This document shows, in pieces, positions 1 to 14,339 of a DNA stretch of 64,000 nucleotides. Numbering within the stretch: the first letter of the stretch is position 1; every line of letters starts with the position of its first letter. The notes below the pieces were generated by a model. The model searched no databases. It was not told the DNA's origin and saw only the letters and a list, made by a program, of their open reading frames with translations. The position numbers and the translations under genes are program-made. The stretch comes from Takakia lepidozioides (Eukaryota; Plantae; Bryophyta), in the NCBI GenBank assembly GCA_030704615.1, contig CM060731.1, forward strand, positions 21,142,001 through 21,206,000, written 5' to 3'.

Positions 1-599
1 CTCCAACTAGCTTTCGGGTTAGAGTAGTACAACGCTCCAACTTCACCCACGATATTGGAACCCTATCGAACAGCATCTTTGTTCCCTGTACAATCTGGTT
101 ACCTAGCGTGAGGGTCGAGGGTCTTTTCCAAATCCCATGAGAACGTGTGTGGCTAGCATATTGCCGCGGCGCCATGTCTCCACACCCCGCCCCACTAAAG
201 GCACCCATACGGTCTTTCTGCTCCACAGTGGACGTTTATACCACCTGCCCCGCCAATGCAAGCCCCCAGAAGGTGCACCACAATATCTCAGCTCAATTTT
301 GGCTTGGTAGGACTTTTAAGGCAGAATGTCGCCTGTAATTTACAACCTCAAATATAACATCTGTGCATTTGCTCATAATCGTCACTAGCCTGGTCTTACG
401 GATACACTAAAGAACACAACTGTGCCAGCAATATTGCATTCCACATGTAGACACAAAAAATCAAGCTTACAGATCTTCATGATGCACAACTTTCCCGTCT
501 TCGACCTGCATCGACATCAAGCCAACATCATGACGGGTCAAAAAGCGCAGAAGAACAAATCCTGAGGAGCTAGAGAGAGGAAGAGAGAAAACCTTTCGC

Positions 600-3500
600 A
601 TAAAAAGCCACATGCAGAATAACATGTTCTTTTGTTACAATTCTTTCCCCTAAAGCCTATAATAAGCTTGCATAAACCAGGGATTGGAGCAGTGCCTGAC
701 CTGCAATTTGATCAGGGACCTCATGTCAAATGCTGTCCCCAAGAACTTATATCGCTGCAAGTTATCTAGCCGGAGCTGCGCCATTGCAAGGATAAACAGT
801 CAAATTTGATCAGAGTTTTAGCTCATAGACATGATTGATGAAAAGGTTAGACATCCAATACCCATGGTGACGGTCCCAATGGGAATTTTCCAGTCTAAAA
901 CTTGCAAAGGCTCTTGATACTTCAACCCCTCTTCCTCTTCCCCTTCTTTAGAGTCAATCCAACCGCTGACAAAGTGCTAGTTCTGGACCTCTTGTTTTGG
1001 CTCTACGCTACCATTTGTTATGGTCGCACGTAGGAACGGGCAGAACTGGATACCGTTCACAGGGAAAGTCCTAAAATTAGGTCGTTGTGATTCATCATTT
1101 CTTCCGTAAACTAGTTCTAAACATCCCTAGGGAGTCTGCAGTTTTATGTACCTTGTCCACTCATCATACCTCTAAATAACCTCCTAGATAGGACAAAAGC
1201 ACATTACCTCGCCAGAGCCTGGGGTTGTTTCCTCCTCCTGAACTGTGTAGTCCACAATCTGAGATTCCTTGAAAACCTGCCAGGTACTCTCAGTCAGACT
1301 TTGAACAGGACGATAATTAAGCACCAGAATCGAGACCTAAAAAAACTCCTCTACTCCTCCTCGTCATCAATTGAGGATGTAAGATCCAATGCACTCTGGA
1401 CAGAAGGTAGAGTTTTTAAGTGCAGAATTGTAGTACTTACTAGATCTCTCAACTTGCTATCAGCTCGCTATCAGTTGGCCAACTGTTAAAAGAAAACAAG
1501 TGAGGTGCTCAGGATAGTCACCTTTGGAATGGCGTAAAATGCTGATTTTATTTGTTTCACACTGCAAGCAGCACCCGAGCAGCACACAGCGCGTCAAAAA
1601 AAGCAGTATTCATGTCTTTCTCTCTCCAACTGGTACGCTCTTAGATGAGCTTCTACCCCGCTTCTACTGGATGTTATACTCTTTCAGATTCTGTTCTCCT
1701 AGTCTTCCTTCAAACCCCTTCCATCTTCCGAAGTCCATGACCACACCGCTAATACCCCACAGTCCATCTCGAGCTATCCTCATGTCTAACGAAGAACAAC
1801 GTAATTGCCACTGAGGTAGAGAATCACCCGAAAATACTCTCCTTATCTACCAGAACTCATGGCAAGAGTGTTACCCGTGAGCCTGCATGAGAGGGTCCTC
1901 GAAGATTGCGTTCTGGGCATAAATCTCGTAGTCAAGCGCCGTTGCATTCGAGTTATATCTGCCATTAATTATCCGGCCAAGTTAAGATCAATGAACCAGG
2001 GTACTCTATGCAATAGATTTTGTTCCTTTCTTGGTACGAAGTTGACGAGGCAAAAACCATTTAGTTCCATAGCTCCATGAAAGACAAGGTCAGTAGTTAA
2101 ATGTACAGATTGCAAGCAAGCAACTTATGTATTGAGGAGCGTTGAAAATACTTTGAGTAGATTCGAACAACACTGAGCTTGAGCAATAATTCAAATGTCT
2201 TTCATATGAGATTGAGCATTGGATGCAGATTTAACGACACTTAAAGACGCTTCGATCGCTCAAATGACTTACTTGGGACTACAGCACTTGCAGTGCTCAA
2301 CCAGAACTTCAAGTTGCAGGAAAGTTACCCTTGAAATGAACTTAAGGCACACCCGAGTCCAAATTAGGGTCCGAGACTTACAGATTGAGAAGGTGGGGGA
2401 TGATACCGGTCGCCAGCCTCCCCAGCTCCTTGCTAGTGTCCACACTGTCCATGCCTGTAGCGGAAGCCTGTGTTGTGGGGGCCGACTCTCCTGGACACAT
2501 CAAAAACAGGACATTCAGGTTAGCTTAGAAGATGAAAGACCAAAAAAAAATTCCTGGAAATTATGTATGCATGCGTGTTTGCCTCTACAAGTTGACTCTC
2601 ATCAGTTCTATCATTCCTGAAGATTCCAACAGTTTGTAATCGCAATTAGCATGATTGTGACGATCCTGTAATGCAGGAATTGGACTTTGACAGAATATAT
2701 CCCTGATACATCTGCCACGACTACAAGATGTCCATATACTTACAGAAAACGAAAGCGCCCGTTCTGAAATCACATCATACCACCTCTGCTCTAGTATAAC
2801 TTGGGATCGAAAAAACTGTAATCTATGCATATCTCGAGCTCTCACATGCACACACACTTCGAAAAAGGAAACAAATGTATGCATGACGGAGCCGAAAGTA
2901 CGATGTGAGCCAATTTTAATTCTCAAAAGCACGAGGTCATGGTCAATTGTTACGGGCCCTTGCCAGTACGAGAAGGAGCCAGCGCAATACTTAGCCTACT
3001 ACCATACTGTTGGATCCTTAGATAACTTGTCTTGAAAACCATCCCAGGAAGGAGAGCTAAGGGTAAAAAAAGATCTCTAGCACGAGCTTAATTCTAAGAT
3101 TTTTTGTAAAGATCTCATAGCAATCAGGACTATGAGAACCTTCATGCACAGCTGAAGCTAACTGTAAGTGCACTCCACCTGAAGACCCACAGATTAGGAT
3201 AACTTGACTGGGCCAGGCATGCTTCTTTCCATCTTTCTAGAGCTGGTCACGTACAAGCTACATGCTCGTCTAGTGCGACACGTACCTTGAACATCATCAG
3301 CCATGGCGAATGCTATAAGTGGAAGCTGCAGGGCAAGCACACCAAAGGGAACGTGTAAAGATCTCGGAGAGGAGCTTCTCAAACGCAGGGAGTTAACGCA
3401 TGCAAATTTTGCAATGCCTGCCAAGACCATATCAGAAGCTAGAGCTCTAGAGACGGGCACAATCTGAATAGAGTGAGAGATAGGTGGAAGAACTACGTAT

Positions 3501-3650
3501 ACAATATGCTTACTGCCTAGTCTATTCTTTGGGCCAGCATGCATGCAGCACAATATGCAAATTTTACTTTCTTGGAAGGCCTCGACTCCAACTTGAAACT
3601 CTTTGCTGAACTGCAACCTCACAATTCCAGATCGACTTTGCGTTCCTCTC
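600..3650 (-). mobile_element. Probable highly degraded retroelement (gag-like trace near 2600-2930)
   Basis: No spliceable gene found. The minus-strand peptide FVSFFEVCVHVR...RLQFFRSQVILEQRWYDVI loosely resembles the retrotransposon gag pattern F..FE...L.FF.S.L...A..WY. Many stops; boundaries are guesses. Confidence 0.25.
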
Positions 3651-5459
3651 AACTGCTCAGTCTTTCATTTCAGGGAAAACTCGGCCTCGGTTCTCGGTTC
3701 TTCTTCAGGAAATCCAAGGTCGACGTAGCTTTCCAGATGTCGAAGCAAGCTACACTTGGCGCACAGGGCTTTGCTGACCGGTGAGCTTTGCTGGTCTGTG
3801 AGGTGGCTTGCGTGCAAGCAGGCAACTGTACTCTTGATGGGTCCCATTGGGCCTGGAAAGCCAGGTACCAACCTCTTAGGGCACATACTTGTCACGTCCA
3901 CAAACCATCGCTCAGACCATTGTATTGGTGAGGTGGGATGACAAGTGTCATGCGTGACGATAATCAGAACATCTCCACTACGACAAACTCGTGTGATGCA
4001 CACGAATTGATTGATTCTACGTCAGGGATACTCAGTGATTCACGAGCAGGCATCAAACGTGTTGATCTCGCTTTGGATGAGGTGCGAAATGGTGAGCAAC
4101 AATAATGAACTATGTGTCATGAGAAGCTAAGTTGTCAGCTGCAATCTACACAACCCTTCTGATGATGTAACATGGTTTATCTAACATCTAATCCATTTTC
4201 AGATCGCATTATCAACATATAATTGCTCCTCCTTCGGCAACAGAATCATTTAGGTACCAGGGCTCTCCTGAAGTTGTCACTGTGGACTAACCAAAAGATG
4301 TGTGAAGCATATGGAGGAGAAACGAGACTGACAAAAGAAGTGGCCAGTTCTTTGTAGCAGCCAAGAAAAATCCATTCAGATAAGCCAGGATACCCTGGAG
4401 AAAAAGACTCAATCATTCCCAGACCCCATCATTCCCAGACCCCAGCTGCATGTTAAATATCCAGGACAAACAGGAGAGGGGGAAGGGCAGGGGGATGACG
4501 GTGAGAGAGCAGCATTACAAACTTGTCAACCTGGTGAGTGACTTTTAAGTTCAGTGGGGCCAGTACCTGACCACCATGAATCCAATAAAGTACAATATTA
4601 TTTTCTCTAAAGAGCATCTGCTTATATACAGACAGAGCTAAGCATGGGTCCATTACTGCTTGGTAACTCACAACTCCCCAGCTGATGATTCAGTCAGAAT
4701 AACTTCCAACCGCGTTCCTCCTCAATAGGTAGGAGCGTGATTCCTACTGTAAGGGAGACAACTGCCCTCGTGCCCAAAGTCCTCCTGCATTTCCCTTTAT
4801 AATAAGCTCAGTTGCCACACATCAGGCATCCCCCTTGAAATACACATCGTATGCCTGCCAAACTTATTCTGTACTCGACCCCCTTCCACAGCTTTGGTTA
4901 ACATGTGACGCATAGAATGTTGAGCTCCCAGTTGTTGTCCAGAGTTTCGACAAGTCAGCAAATCAAAGAAACCTGCAGGGTGTAGGAACAAAGGAGCACT
5001 GGTAGACTACCGAACTGCACAAATATTCTCCTGCATCAAGCCAATGGACACATATGAGTAAATTTTTCCTTCCTCCAGCTCTTTTTATCCAGTTGTCTCC
5101 ACCTCAACCCAAATAGATTAGAGACATTGAGAAAAGATTGGCAACAGAGGTGAGATGAATATTCTCCAATGCAAGAGGAGTTGACAGAGGAAGGAGGAAA
5201 GCTCACAGATAGAGTCTTCACAGGTTGGGAAGATCCACAAGAAGGATGACATTCGCCTTTTCATCAACACTAAGATGCACACTCTCCGTTGCTGGTTTCT
5301 TTCGGAGGAATACGAGACTGGACATCCCCTCTCCAACATCATGACAAATTGTTGAGCCAATGTTGTTTGGAATGGGGATTTTCCATTCCAACCAGTTAAA
5401 ACCCTTTCTTGACAACCATATCTTGGTGAGCTACTCCTTGAGTGCAGACCCCAACTGCT

Positions 5460-8400
5460 CTACCACTGGTTGGGATAGGCATCCCTATATCTAGCATCCT
5501 CCTCCCTTGTTAGATGACATACAGTGGCGTCTCTAACACGAGCATTCAATAGTTTTCGAGCAAGTCTATCTTTAGCAGTGGGTTTTCTCTGCAACAAGGC
5601 TGTCAAGCCCCCCCTAGTCTTCTTCTTCCCCCCCTGCCCATATCCACTCCCACTAAAGGGATCTTCTAACTGCTCATTTAGGGCCTCCTCCAGTCCTTGA
5701 GCAGTGCGGGCTATTGCAGCTGACCTCAGCACAGCTTCATTGTGCTCTCTGTCTCTCCGAGATTGTGCTCGCCGAGTTGATCCCCTCTCCTCTCTCTTTC
5801 TTTTAGCATCGACTTCATCTCTCTCTCTTATATTTGCAACTGCCTGGGCAACTATGGCTCCCACTACTGCCTCTTTGGAGGATTCATGTTCTATCAGAGA
5901 CTCGACATCGCTACCCTCTACTCCCCAGTCTGCAGCATGGGTACCCAGTATACCCCCATCCAGTGGGCCCTTCCTCGGCAGTTTATCCATATGTTCAGAT
6001 GCTGGCAGCTGTTTTCCATGCTTTTCCACGACAGAATTACCAACTGCATCACGAGGTATTACAGGCCCATGCAGAGGGCATCTGTTACGGTCCCTACGTT
6101 GGCACAGGCCTCCCTTCTTCAATGGTGCCAAGCACGGCGGGATTTCTCTCTCAACTGGTTTATAGGGTGTCGATCTGAGGTTCATTTCGGCAATCTTTTC
6201 CGGTGGGATGATCGCATCATAGTCCACCTTTCCCCAGTGATTTTCAAATTGGAGGCCACGCTGGTTTGCAGGCACAGCGCTCTGTGAGCCCCATGTATCC
6301 AGAAACGAACCCCATGCCAAAAGAGGGGCCTCTTTCAATAACTTCTGCCTGGGTCCAGCCTCATCCTCTTTCACCTGATCTTGCAATATAAAATTCTCAT
6401 CCTCTCTTGATGAGTTACTTGTACTGGCCACAGCAGAGCCTCGTCCTGCTCTCTCCTGACACTTGGATGATTCCCCATGCATGAACGCACCTTTCTCTCC
6501 AACTGCCTGAGGCATGCTTTCTGCTTCAGGATTCTCGATACGTCCTTCCTCCCATACAATCTCATCTGGATCCTCAAAATTGTCAGGGGCCGTGCTTGAT
6601 AGCTCAACTTTAATGCCCAGGCCCTCACATGTATCCCGAGCAGCCAGTAACTCATTACGCAAGTCAATAACACCCTTCAGCAACATATCACGAGCGCCTT
6701 TATCCGGGGGATCAACCCTCATGAGAATTGATAGCCATTCTTGAGTACTTGACAGATACCGTGTGCCCAATAGTTTGTACAAATCCCTTAGTGTCTCAAA
6801 AACGGCTGCATTATCTTGGGTCTCCCACTGCATCACCAAAGATGTCTGTCATCAGCCTACTGGTCAATCTTTGAGCCACCATAGACTGCTATCATTGCGG
6901 GATAGAGAACATGACCAGTCCTTTTTACTAAAGGTAGGCTACGCTGAAAAGCATGTAGAGAGTCATGAATAGAAACAGATATTTCGCCAAAAATTAAGTT
7001 TGTCACATAGGGTGAAAGCTGCTGCCACTTTCCAACGGATCAGCTGGCTGCTCTTTGCAGCAACAACACGAAATTATTAACAATGGTTACCTCAAAACAA
7101 TAGGGTATCAAACCTTGAGGGCGGATCTTTATAAGCAACTCTAAGGTGACACCCTACTCTCAGACGGGATGACAATAATCTGCCATAATACTGTGCCAGC
7201 TATTGAGAGCAACCTGGCAATGTATGCAATATGCATGCCAAGTGCACCCAAACCCAGCAAACCAGATAAAAAAGGACTAAAAATTGCCTATATATGACTT
7301 TGCCGCAGAAGTCATCTCTCTCTCTCTCTCTCTCTCAGTCTCCTCACTCTTTTTGACACGTTCCACAAAGGTGTATACTCACCAGCTTCTCAACAACAGT
7401 GGTGTCTTCTCCAACATCTTCATGAAGTTGCCGTCGCAAACTCCAGTCACCATATTCCTCGTACTCATCCTCGTCCTCCTCCACATCTGTTCCTATTTCC
7501 AGCACTCCCTTGTTAAACTGAAAATTTTCCTTTGCCCCAAGTGTGGCACCTTCAAGGTCCCCATCTTCTCTCTGATCTTGAACAGCAAACTCCTTTATAC
7601 TGTTGGGGGCAAGTATGTTGAAGCACTCTGCCATTTGATCTATCGTTGACTGAACCTCTGCCTTCAGATTGGGGAACTCATGTCTCAAGTTTGCATACTT
7701 TTTCTGCACAAGTGCCTGCATGAATAAAGTTGAAAGATCAATGCATCAGACATATCATTGTCAGGCAAATTAATCCATCAACTGCACCTCAGAGCCGAAG
7801 GGGAATCTACTTAGCATATCATACAGTGCATTTCTCTCAAGAGTCCTCAAAAGAAACATGATGAATGCTATTACTGGCTGCCTTCCATCTTTCTGCGCAC
7901 TGTAGAGAGAGACGTCCAAAAAGTAGGTAATTCATTACTGACTTGCATGGTGCAACCATACCTGGGTTCGCTCCTCCCTCTCCAGTCGCTGCTGTTCAGC
8001 AAGTGCCGCTGTCTCCCTCAGGTTAGGAAACTGTAACCTGAGTGTCTTTTTCAAATAGTCATACCCCAGGCGCACCTGCTTGTAATGTAACCCAAACATA
8101 TCGTTCCATTTTTCCACAAACTCCATACTTTTCAGCCGTAGTAGTGTGGCTCGGTCAGAGGGGGGTGGAAGTGGGTAATCAGCTCTATACCCTATGCTAA
8201 GAAGCATGAATGTCTCGAACTTGGAGACCAAGAAAGACCGAAAGAGCTTTGATCGGGTGAACAACTCATCGATAAGCATGACTGCAAGGTAGCGCACCTG
8301 TGGGCAGATACAAGAGGAAAGAGCCAAATATTCCTTTAAGATTTGATTACCCTGCAGAGCGCCTGCAAAGGAGAGAGTACTGGATAGAAAAGACAAGAGG

Positions 8401-9069
8401 CAGCCCAACCAGACTCAAAACTCAAAAATCTCAAAACAACTAGCCGACAATCCTTGCCTTTGAAGTTGCTCAAACGCCAGTTTGAAGGCTACTTGGACAT
8501 ATTAAGTTCACTCCTTCAAATTCCAACACTGATGCCTTCACCTCAGGTTCTTGGCAGACTATAATTGAAACATACTGTAACTGAAGATTATTTTTAAAAC
8601 AACTGCACATAATACTGTACGTTTCCAGTACATAGTGTGCTAGATGCAAAACAGATATTCATCTTCTGCAATTTGATGACAATCTCCGTCTTAGTTTAAG
8701 GAAGACACTGCCCGGCGTTCACACATAAAGACTCCAACCACTCAACCCATGTGGCGTTCTTATGAATAGGAGGCGAGTAGGGATGACTGATGGTTCAGCT
8801 ATTAGAATTGGGAGTAAGGGGAGAACCTGAGAGTGATTCTTCTTGAGCTTTTCAAAGAGAAGCTCAAAGGCCGTGTGCACGTTGCTGTCTGAGGAGCGGA
8901 CCAGAGACTTGATGGCCTGCAGCAAGCCCAAGTCCACATGCTTATCGGGCGACGTAGTGGCACTTTCAATAAGATCCGAAAGCCTGTTTCGATCCCTGTC
9001 CAAACTCTGGGGACCAGCATCTGGTGGACGAGTGTCGTGAGCTCCACCCCTGCGTCTATTGCTCGCCAT
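5460..9069 (-). CDS. UVSSA: UV-stimulated scaffold protein A (transcription-coupled repair); exons 9069-8827, 8297-7962, 7715-7383, 6827-5460
   Basis: N-terminal VHS/ENTH-like region (LLQAIKSLVRSSD...KKNHSQVRYLAVMLIDELFTRSKLFR...PLPPP). C-terminal DUF2043/zinc-finger motif C-x-APLKKGGLCQRRDRNRCPLHGPVIPRD. Ends PNQW. All three introns are GT-AG, phase 0, and join in frame. Confidence 0.93.
7315..7336. repeat. (CT)n microsatellite in UVSSA intron
   Basis: Direct reading of a ctctct run. Confidence 0.85.
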
Positions 9070-9553
9070 AGCTCTCAGGTTTTCGTGAATCTGGGTTGGG
9101 GGGTGGAAGAAGTCCTTTTAGAAACTAGAAACACAATATCAAAACATACCCTAACAGTCAACATGATTCCACGTGGTAGCCATGGGTAGTTTCTGTCTTT
9201 GTGGGTCCCAACTGTGTGATCGGAGGGAGGAAAGAAGACCTCTTGTCTAGACTGTCCAGCAGCCACGCAAGCTGCAATCTTCACACTCGAGGGACTCGAG
9301 GGCTTCAATAGATCGATACGACAGTAGTTGTTTCTTTGGGTTCGGGCATGATATGAATCCTGGCGTGGGATTCTTGCGCAAGGATGTCTGCTAGCAGAAG
9401 GGGTTACCAGGTTTCTCCGAATGCTGTGGTGGTCTCACCGTTGCACTACGTCTTCGCAATAACGGTTTTTCTTTCATTGCTAAGTACAGGCCGCGTTCTT
9501 TCCAGGTCCCCCTAGAGAGGATTACTGTAAAAGCTCAAATAGAGAAAGTTGTT

Positions 9554-10927
9554 ATGGCTGCATTGATCGAGGGGTTGCCCGATGCGGTGGTTTTGATATG
9601 TCTAGCACGCGTACCTCTGTCACTACACCCCACTTTACAGGCCGTTTGCAAATCATGGCGCGCTCTTGTCCGAAGCTCTGAACTTTTTCAAGCCCGGAAG
9701 CTATTGGGGACAGCTGAGGACTGGCTCTATGTTTGCACTTATGAACCGGACAAAATCTGGAAAGCATATGATCCGGTCTGTAATCGTTGGAGTGTTCTTC
9801 CCCGTCTTCCCTCTCGTCTGCCTCTTTTGAGCAATTTTGGAACGGCTGCATTGGATGGCAAGCTCTATGTTCTGGGTGGCACCAGTGATTATGTGGATTG
9901 CGTCACTGGTGACTTTGTTACCTTCGCAGCAACTAATGAGGTGTGGGCGTACGATCCAGTGCATAGAGTATGGACACTTGTGGCACCTATGATCACAGCT
10001 CGTTCACAGTTTGCTTGCTTCTCATGGGCAGGCCAAATAGTGGTGGCCGGAGGGTTCACAGGTGCAAGGAGATCTACTGGAAATGCAGAAAGATATGATC
10101 CAGCAGAAAACAAATGGCATTCGCTGGCAGACTTGGTAGCAGTGCCCATGACAGCTTGCTCTGGCGTATTGCTGGAAGGCAAGATGTATGTGGTTCATAA
10201 ACGGGAGAGAATGGCTCAGGTTTATGAGGAGGCAACCAAAAAGTGGGTATCCCATGGCCAGAGAATGGATTGTATGTGTTGCTTTTTATGCTGAAACCTG
10301 TGAATCTGCTCTAGACAAGTGCGGACTAAGTCTTCTGATATGAAGGCCTGTCACCCTCTAAGTGTGGCAGGAACTGGTGTTTTCCAATTTCTCTGCGTCC
10401 AGGCCACGTAGGTCGTAGGAGGAAAGTGACAGTTTACTTCTCATGCTGAGCTGAGTTTTGGTTTTTGAAAAGGGCCTCCTTACAAATTTTTGCCTTGTTG
10501 ATGAGCGGGTCTTGTCTTAGAATCACACACCGAGACTCTCTTACGGACTTTCCTCATCACCTAAAACGTTTGCAGGTGGTTGCAAGTAGAGGACAGCTGG
10601 TCTGAGGGGCCAAGTGCAATTGTGAACGAGGAGCTCTACGTAGTGCGCCATGGTGTGGTGAGCAGGGAGCACCGGCTTCCGACACTTAGGAGATCTCTTT
10701 GCTCCTGGCCTCAGTGCTTGCGTAGGATTGGATTTGGGGTGGCAGGGCTTGGAGGTGATTTGTATGTGGTAGGGGGTATTCTAAGGCCTGGCCCAGATGT
10801 TGTGGAAGAGTACCTGGATGATGTTGATATTGGCACTGTTGGACGTGAAGACATAGTCTGGAGGAAGGGTGCGAGCTTACCTCTCTCCAGAGGGACAGTG
10901 CTTGGCTGCAAGGTCCTCCGGCTTTGA
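9554..10927 (+). CDS. F-box/kelch-repeat protein, SKIP30-like; exons 9554-10242, 10576-10927
   Basis: F-box LIEGLPDAVVLICLARVP...VCKSW and kelch repeats (LYVLGG, IVVAGG, AERYDP, LYVVGG). The intron AA|GTGGGT...TGCAG|G joins K-W-L-Q in frame. Confidence 0.9.
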
Positions 10928-13112
10928 GTTTTGATCTTAATGGTACATTAGGGGGCCAGTCCTCATTGAAATTCATTCTGGTGCCCCTGTTTCTCTCCAT
11001 CTGTGTCCTTGGTCAGTATGTATGGCCACCAGGTTACAGAAGGCTCAGTCCTCACACTCACCACCTCGACTGCCTTGCTTGAAAGGGGTTGCTTGAAAGG
11101 GGCTGAATAAGATTCCTGATGGGTGTTGTGTGTAGGATTGGTTCAATGGAGAGGTGCCATCTCTCAAAGTTAGGCCTGTGGGAGCATGTAGATCTGAATG
11201 AATTAGTTCCAGGTCATGGCTGGAGTCCCTCTGCTGCAAGTCAGTACCACAACATCCCTTGAATGCCCACCAATTTCCAAATTTTCTATGACAGATGCTC
11301 CTTCCAAATCTGAGTGTGCAGCACCAGCTGCAAAATCATGTGAAAACATTATGGATCATGTCACATGGGTGCTTCGTCTTCCCCTTGAACACCCCTCCCC
11401 TGTCTCCTGCTTTCAGTCTAGCATCAGTGTCCAAGACCATCTCTGGCAGCCCCACCTGTCATCCGCTCATCAACTACACTTGAAACGAGTGTGATGAAAA
11501 GAGAGAGAGAGGGTCGTCAGAAAGGTACTTATTGGATGCCTACCTGGTGCCCATAGGCCTGGTTACTCTGTTATGCTGCTATGTGACGTTTCATATCACT
11601 CTCCCAGAGCCAATGGAAAGTCCATTTCAAGTTACAACAGTTGCAAAAAGATTGCCTCACTTGCTGATGATCTAGTCACCACAAATGTGCATACAGCTTG
11701 TTGGGAGCAATACTGACATACTGGTGTTTTTCAAAGAACAATTCAGACTTCTACTGTTGCACCATAGAGTGACAGTTGGTTGAAAATTGGAACCTCCATG
11801 GGTGAAGTCAGATTGTGCTTTTTTTTTCATGTCACACAGGAGATCCAGGAAGCCAAGGAAAGCAGGTGCATGCCCATGTGAGCCAAGGTGGATTCAAGCC
11901 AGCACTAGTCTAGCCACTGCCCATGTCACGAATGCCAAGAGTGGGGGAGTGCAGGATGCACACTTCAGCAGCTTCATACGACTAATTTCTTGACTATTGC
12001 AAGTGTCCGTCTATCCAAATCTAATAATTGCTCCCCTAGCAGTGGCAAAAGAGGAGGAAACTCAGCACTTGAGCTGCGGAGAAAGAAACAGAGATCACTC
12101 ATGAGAGATTGTCTAATGTAGCCTCAAGCCTTGACCTGGTTGGGATAGAGCAAGAAAGGGGAACAATCCACCTGACATACGAAAGATAAGTATGACTGTC
12201 AGGTGTCTCATTCCTCACCCTTTTGCTGGATGTTGGGTGCATCTGTCACAAATCAAAATTGTTGTTCTCTAAATAACACATCTGCGGTGGCAACAACAGC
12301 TTTCCTGTGCAAACCACAGAGCAGATAATTAAATACCAAGGGTGAATTCTTCCACTGGTCCAGAAGATTAACCCTCTGGTCTCGGTCAGTTACAGAAGTA
12401 GCCTTGTTACAGCTTGTTCTGACGCAGCCTGCCATAGTTCGATGATCTAACACTAGTCCATGCAAGGGAAAACAAGAAAGAGAGGATCTAACTATCTGAG
12501 ATTAGCACTCATACTTCATAAGACAATTCATACATATGCTACAAGCTTTGAATGTTGAGTCCAACAATCGTTGGATACAGAAGAGAGTGAGACGGTCAAA
12601 GACTATGACTGACTGTGGAGCAATGCAGGTTCCAATATTACTGCAATGCCTCTTTCCACTATAAAGGCAAGTCTCTGATCAAAGGTTATCTTTAACCTGC
12701 GCCCTACCAAGGGAATCAGACTCTATGGTGATCGTCCCTTTCCCTGCTATGTGATGGTTGTGAAGCACATGTAGCATATCAGGAATTTCAGCATAGTAAA
12801 CAATGAACCAGAAGTTGATCACCGTTTACATTGCACTGTGGGAAATCTGTGCAACCTTGAGCATCTAGACATATCCAGTATGAAGGATGGAGCCATAGAA
12901 ACCTTTCATTCCCCTAATTATATGCCCGGTCAGGTTTGCTGCGTATCTGGATCTAGCTGAAAGTGGAAGCAGCTGACCCGTATTTTCTTGTTTTGGTGCA
13001 ATCTTGGCTCAAGCAAGTGACATGAGCTCAGTATTGGCTCCACCCTAGGATTTTTGAGCCACCTACAGATAAGTATACATGAAGATTACAAGGTAGTCAG
13101 ACGGTCACCAGG

Positions 13113-13979
13113 TCAGACAATCAGAAACTGAGCACTAGGATTATATACAAGGAAGGCAATGAAACCGATGTTGGCAACCATGAATGACCAGGTAGGTGGG
13201 GCACCGAGAAGAAATGGACGCCGCTCACGCGCCTTTCTATAAATCCGTCGCTTTTCCTCCTCCGATGCAAACCGTTCCGGTGGCCATTGCAGCCCCTTTG
13301 CAAGAAATGGTGGTGGTGGTGAGTGCCATGGCATTTTGTTCTCCCAAGAAGTTTCCGGGAACCCCAATCTCTGGACCTTTCCCCAAAACTTTCCAGTCCT
13401 CTTGAGAAATTCTCGTACGTCGTCGATATCTAACAGGGGCTGTTGGCCAGCCACCTCTGCATCGAACGCAGGAGGTGAAACAAACCAGCTGTATTCCACA
13501 TTTGTTTGCTCAGCTGCTGGGGATGCCTTGCCTTCGTCGAAGTTTAGGAGAGAGGGTCCGACCGTTCCAATGTCAAAAACAGAGACCCCTGACGCAGCAT
13601 CATGTGATGGCAGAGTCGAAGTAGAAGAGGAATAAGTTCGGACCTGTGGCTGCTCCTCGGACGTCGGCGAGAATGATTGAGATGCAGAGGGTGATACAGG
13701 ACAGGAGGAAGGACAATGAGAAGAAACCAGAGCAGGGGAGCACGAGGGCAGATCGGGCAGTAGAGAAACTGTATTCTTGATCCCCAAAGCTTTTCTCACA
13801 GACTTTCGCACATCCTCAATGTCAACAAGGGGCCGTTTGTGTTTAGAGCCCTCGCTCCAAACAGATGGTGTAGGACCTTCTGATGAACTCGCAGCTGGTG
13901 CCAAGCTACGAACCCTCCGAAATGCTAACCCCAATATCACAACAGGATTATTCGAGCGCTCCATATCCATATCCACCAT
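13113..13979 (-). CDS. Hypothetical protein (~290 aa), Ser/Pro-rich, possible C-terminal membrane anchor
   Basis: Uninterrupted 302-codon ORF with first ATG at 13979. Repeated motif PL[VL]DI[ED]DVR and hydrophobic tail FMVANIGFIAFLVY. No family recognised. Confidence 0.5.
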   Translation of the reverse strand: MVDMDMERSNNPVVILGLAFRRVRSLAPAASSSEGPTPSVWSEGSKHKRPLVDIEDVRKSVRKALGIKNTVSLLPDLPSCSPALVSSHCPSSCPVSPSASQSFSPTSEEQPQVRTYSSSTSTLPSHDAASGVSVFDIGTVGPSLLNFDEGKASPAAEQTNVEYSWFVSPPAFDAEVAGQQPLLDIDDVREFLKRTGKFWGKVQRLGFPETSWENKMPWHSPPPPFLAKGLQWPPERFASEEEKRRIYRKARERRPFLLGAPPTWSFMVANIGFIAFLVYNPSAQFLIV

Positions 13980-14339
13980 GGAAGGTGCCCTTGGAGCACC
14001 CTTGTTGATGGGCAGCAGCAATTTGTCTGGTATGGAAGATACAAGATACAGTCGCAGATGGGTTCATTCCAATCTCCCAGCGTATCGCCGGTGTGGCTAG
14101 CTGACTTTCGGAGGAGAGAGAGACAAACATGCAACAGCGCTAGGTGTCCTGGCCCGCCATATTTAGAGGGCGCTTTGCAATTTCCCTCTGAGCTGTGCGT
14201 TTGTCGTATGTGAGTTTTAGTGGGTGCAGCCTTCTACTTTTGCAGCCGGCTCTAAACCAGCAGATTGATCACCGCAGCAAGACCAGCGAGCTTGCAAGCT
14301 TGTGAGGGAGGGGTTTAGTGTTTGCTAGTTGATGCAGTC

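Noticed and set aside
5704-6744. Short antisense or alternate-frame ORFs over real exons (also at the PPR, PLIP and F-box genes)
   Set aside because: Shadow ORFs of the coding strand with no independent motifs.
11000-13100. Additional multi-exon gene
   Set aside because: Scattered splice-like signals, but no coherent reading frame or recognisable protein.
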